Source: Corallochytrium limacisporum Hawaii (taxonomy: Eukaryota > Protista > Pluriformea). Taken from it: a stretch of 64,000 nucleotides of DNA. Position 1 is the first letter of the stretch. Each line of letters begins with the position of its first letter. The stretch is taken from contig PDIP01000021.1 in assembly GCA_002811645.1 (NCBI GenBank), forward strand, positions 186,001 to 250,000, in the 5' to 3' direction. A program made the position numbers and the translations under genes. The notes beneath the pieces are model-generated. The model was not told where the DNA came from. It did no database searches and saw nothing but the letters and a program-made list of their open reading frames with translations. Positions 63,501-64,000 of this stretch are shown here, one piece after another.

Positions 63501-64000
63501 ACCATTCTGTTCCAATGTGTGCCAGGCTGGCAAGCCCTTCTATGATGATCATTCGAACATCATATGACGACGACAAGTTCGTCCAGTGTGATCGTGCGGC
63601 ATCAAAAATTGCTAGGGACTGTGCAACTCCTTCACGGCTCGATGGTTGTGGCAAATTCAGCAGCTCACGGACACGAAAGAGGTCTCTATCTTTTGCCGCG
63701 CGCGCTGTACTCTCCAAGATCAAATGAGAAAGTTGTTCATGGTGATGATCAGCATTTTGCAGTGCCCAGAACATGTAGTCTTCCGAAAGATCAAAGTTTA
63801 AAACGTACGGCTCGCTGGATTTCACCACTCGTAGTAATGCCAACGCAGTTTCCTGAATCGATGGCATCTGCAGCATTGTGTCAGAAGAAGGAACGAGCTG
63901 AAGGAAGCGATTGACTGCACTTCCAATTTTCTCCCTGAAGTGCTCGTCGATAACCTCTCTGGGTCGCTCCACAGGATGTACACTTGGGTACTGCTCCTTC
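57577..64000 (-). CDS. ATR: ATR/Mec1/Rad3 PIKK checkpoint kinase (5' end lies beyond the window)
   Basis: The frame is open to the window edge. CLGTLGAIDPG, FAT region, SLAKPKK, LCKPKDDLRKD, GLGDRHTENIL, HVDWNCLF, PEVVPFRLT, and FATC LCEMYIGWAPYL. Confidence 0.96.
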   Translation of the reverse strand, partial: KEQYPSVHPVERPREVIDEHFREKIGSAVNRFLQLVPSSDTMLQMPSIQETALALLRVVKSSEPYVLNFDLSEDYMFWALQNADHHHEQLSHLILESTARAAKDRDLFRVRELLNLPQPSSREGVAQSLAIFDAARSHWTNLSSSYDVRMIIIEGLASLAHIGTEWFDELLTLPGLIAFILDEYKNGDQNMWDSIRAIMPTLVFAVWSSRETTYELSEFIAIATQCITDCVTVDEKMVQALHFVSMGQSILAYFVDAVDGLFRPPDEWLTLLHSLLEVCFCDRLLVSETARRGMQAFFRKAKIAQKFDVSEIEDNVIEHYVRAVVDKDDSTPLQDWDAMVDKRLNHLADVFFNSNVTELVRSKISILLSVAVRLRSHDMIVILSEYYDTKNDTIELVRNQSHAIVLHVLCKGGADETSQTQLSNTLEFLVHEANSEEDPIDLRKLLERKQTPLYVLWATMVGKSYVSNESLDEQYDAMMFRTLDAINELLDPDMTGSRYKLLQQAVLGCLTDLNNRFVRPDTSIWERKCAIASVIRLLEVVPDHNHLVAIAPKVILLLRSALEDADLVSLACRGWMVFINKLPDDGIGAMSPVIIAIFLLETEGWITSTYRQACSGESNDSRIQLLKSTFNDVARILLYEKRVFVKEYYSKIVYLPESLKDYRKSVHASGGAIDVPGERCPDPGVWRSLCHAISHDSDAVRRLSLEVLLRLVNRWGQDLLLRAPKGDTRSRSSVSWIVQGLVQAVTDSVEKCRQLALRCLGTLGAIDPGLLSEGALRSNRQVHLSRGIEIAITAEHDEFVISLIRDYLYKALISAQQISKQDRFAFAIQRLLSLLSLRETPDLDRNEVWRSFSREIQRTIRPFLRSKYGLSGKVPPTLSFPYFRSTRVKFETWLANFSRYLIGKLESGKAKDVMDACWGAINADSALAMHLLPYIMWNILTNEDQPDVAREIIEEFKAIGEMYLTDEDAGRRADLDQCVFTMFATLDELHRIFQQQARILHKPSATGPFRDLPAGRIDGLWTTEPLAPYLQRVSEFRQSIDPHWMARVAIKAQSFVRALYYFEEGLSWVTGQTKRNPIVKDPSSALDRFAEKKTTWASISSETTMALQHAIFTGVGDPDGVAGAAAMRPTTTIDQAAQDYKVAGDWARAVTCYEQAYLNSAAAENLDDAQRLASGLVESLLTVGSINLADLHMEGILTRQPDWKKNFLPYQINASWRLGNWEQLNRHVNQGMDILCASFIGSALGDLAAQASRSAIATSPTGVQYHLLGASADVPESFTFDLLIGSCIDRLTPTLIDGSSTERYSRMARIAGVTDAADCDVQKLFVGPCESIIARTIAGQNLGSGARGNSYQQNYNEWAKLHFLDDLRNWFAVVSNRDNDEPGRFHDVVHHLDVRVASMSKSFNIVEPVLSLKKSMVEVAYGHGTISEDKRNEYFSQTLVQMARSARKLKLYHTANAKILEAAAYGDAATLQVETAKVYDAWGDTYKALAILEETAQRYYIPGLSQTSREGLESTEVTTNQKALMLFAKWTQKTGHDSTKVIEAYEKVQTYAKNNGNVKGESKAWYLLAGFYDTLADVEGREVNRTMEIIRAYYMSARLDDRYMHQALPRLVTLWLDANLEGNYDDSQNDQMNNTVALEVIPRIPDYQWLVVTSNLISRMTQPSSQQVWSSLRTVIVRLLHRFPHQIMWSLLGAMKSKNKNRTVRFKEIYAEATRPTKSSSKDKEHSSFAKTTIDPKRLEKLVTNYALFADELITMANYKPQSDVSTFNVNKEFRKLVRMMPVEVIVPTTQSLYPEVGRNLSYDGYPTITGVRDEVQVLASLAKPKKFSVCGSDGKVYTFLCKPKDDLRKDQRMMELNRLINRLLVQHEPSRTRQLQISTYAVVPVNEDTGIIEWVQDTSHLRSMITSAYKTANITTLSHKQVYSLFTEKTQRGRMSNYDFYYKLLLPRFPPILHQWFIGNFQDPSIWYSARLAYARSTAAMCIVGWIVGLGDRHTENILYCKRTGRCLHVDWNCLFLKGGELRVPEVVPFRLTRQVVDGLGPTGIEGGFRKSCEETYRVLRRERQALMIVMKSFVHDPTLDLKGSRNVKKINDIDMRLQGKKSERALPLSVEAQVNTLIDEATDLRKLCEMYIGWAPYL

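Overview
A gene-dense eukaryotic nuclear window. Every recognisable gene is a single uninterrupted ORF, including more than 6.4 kb of ATR, and most have short 3' gaps with AATAAA signals. The gene set mixes animal-like genes (ARNT/BMAL-type bHLH-PAS, SK/KCNN channel, ZNRF1/2, PPP1R37, SLMAP, AAGAB) with leucine biosynthesis (leuA-type IPMS), which animals lack. This points to an intron-poor unicellular holozoan, Corallochytrium-like (inference only). About 25 genes are supported: THOC2 (partial), PIG-U, SLX1, a GLTSCR1-domain gene, uridine phosphorylase, ALG13, a Hikeshi-like/CCCH fusion, a coiled-coil protein, RapGAP, Rab8, SK channel, IPMS, PEX11, Zn-ADH, a 58-aa metallothionein missed by the ORF track, PIG-O, AAGAB, eIF2-beta, PPP1R37-like, SLMAP, ZNRF, TIM44, NSA2, bHLH-PAS and ATR (partial). 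No tRNA, rRNA, CRISPR array or mobile element was recognised. The main oddities are: (1) an in-frame TAG inside a conserved GLTSCR1 domain; (2) a Hikeshi/Opi10 fold fused to RGG, Q-rich and CCCH modules; (3) an SK channel with a KCNQ-like IQ helix; (4) the unannotated metallothionein; (5) a nested-hairpin non-coding region at about 28.6-29.0 kb behind an orphan promoter; (6) a recurring C-tract/G-tract element upstream of genes. No multi-gene novel system can be demonstrated from sequence alone.
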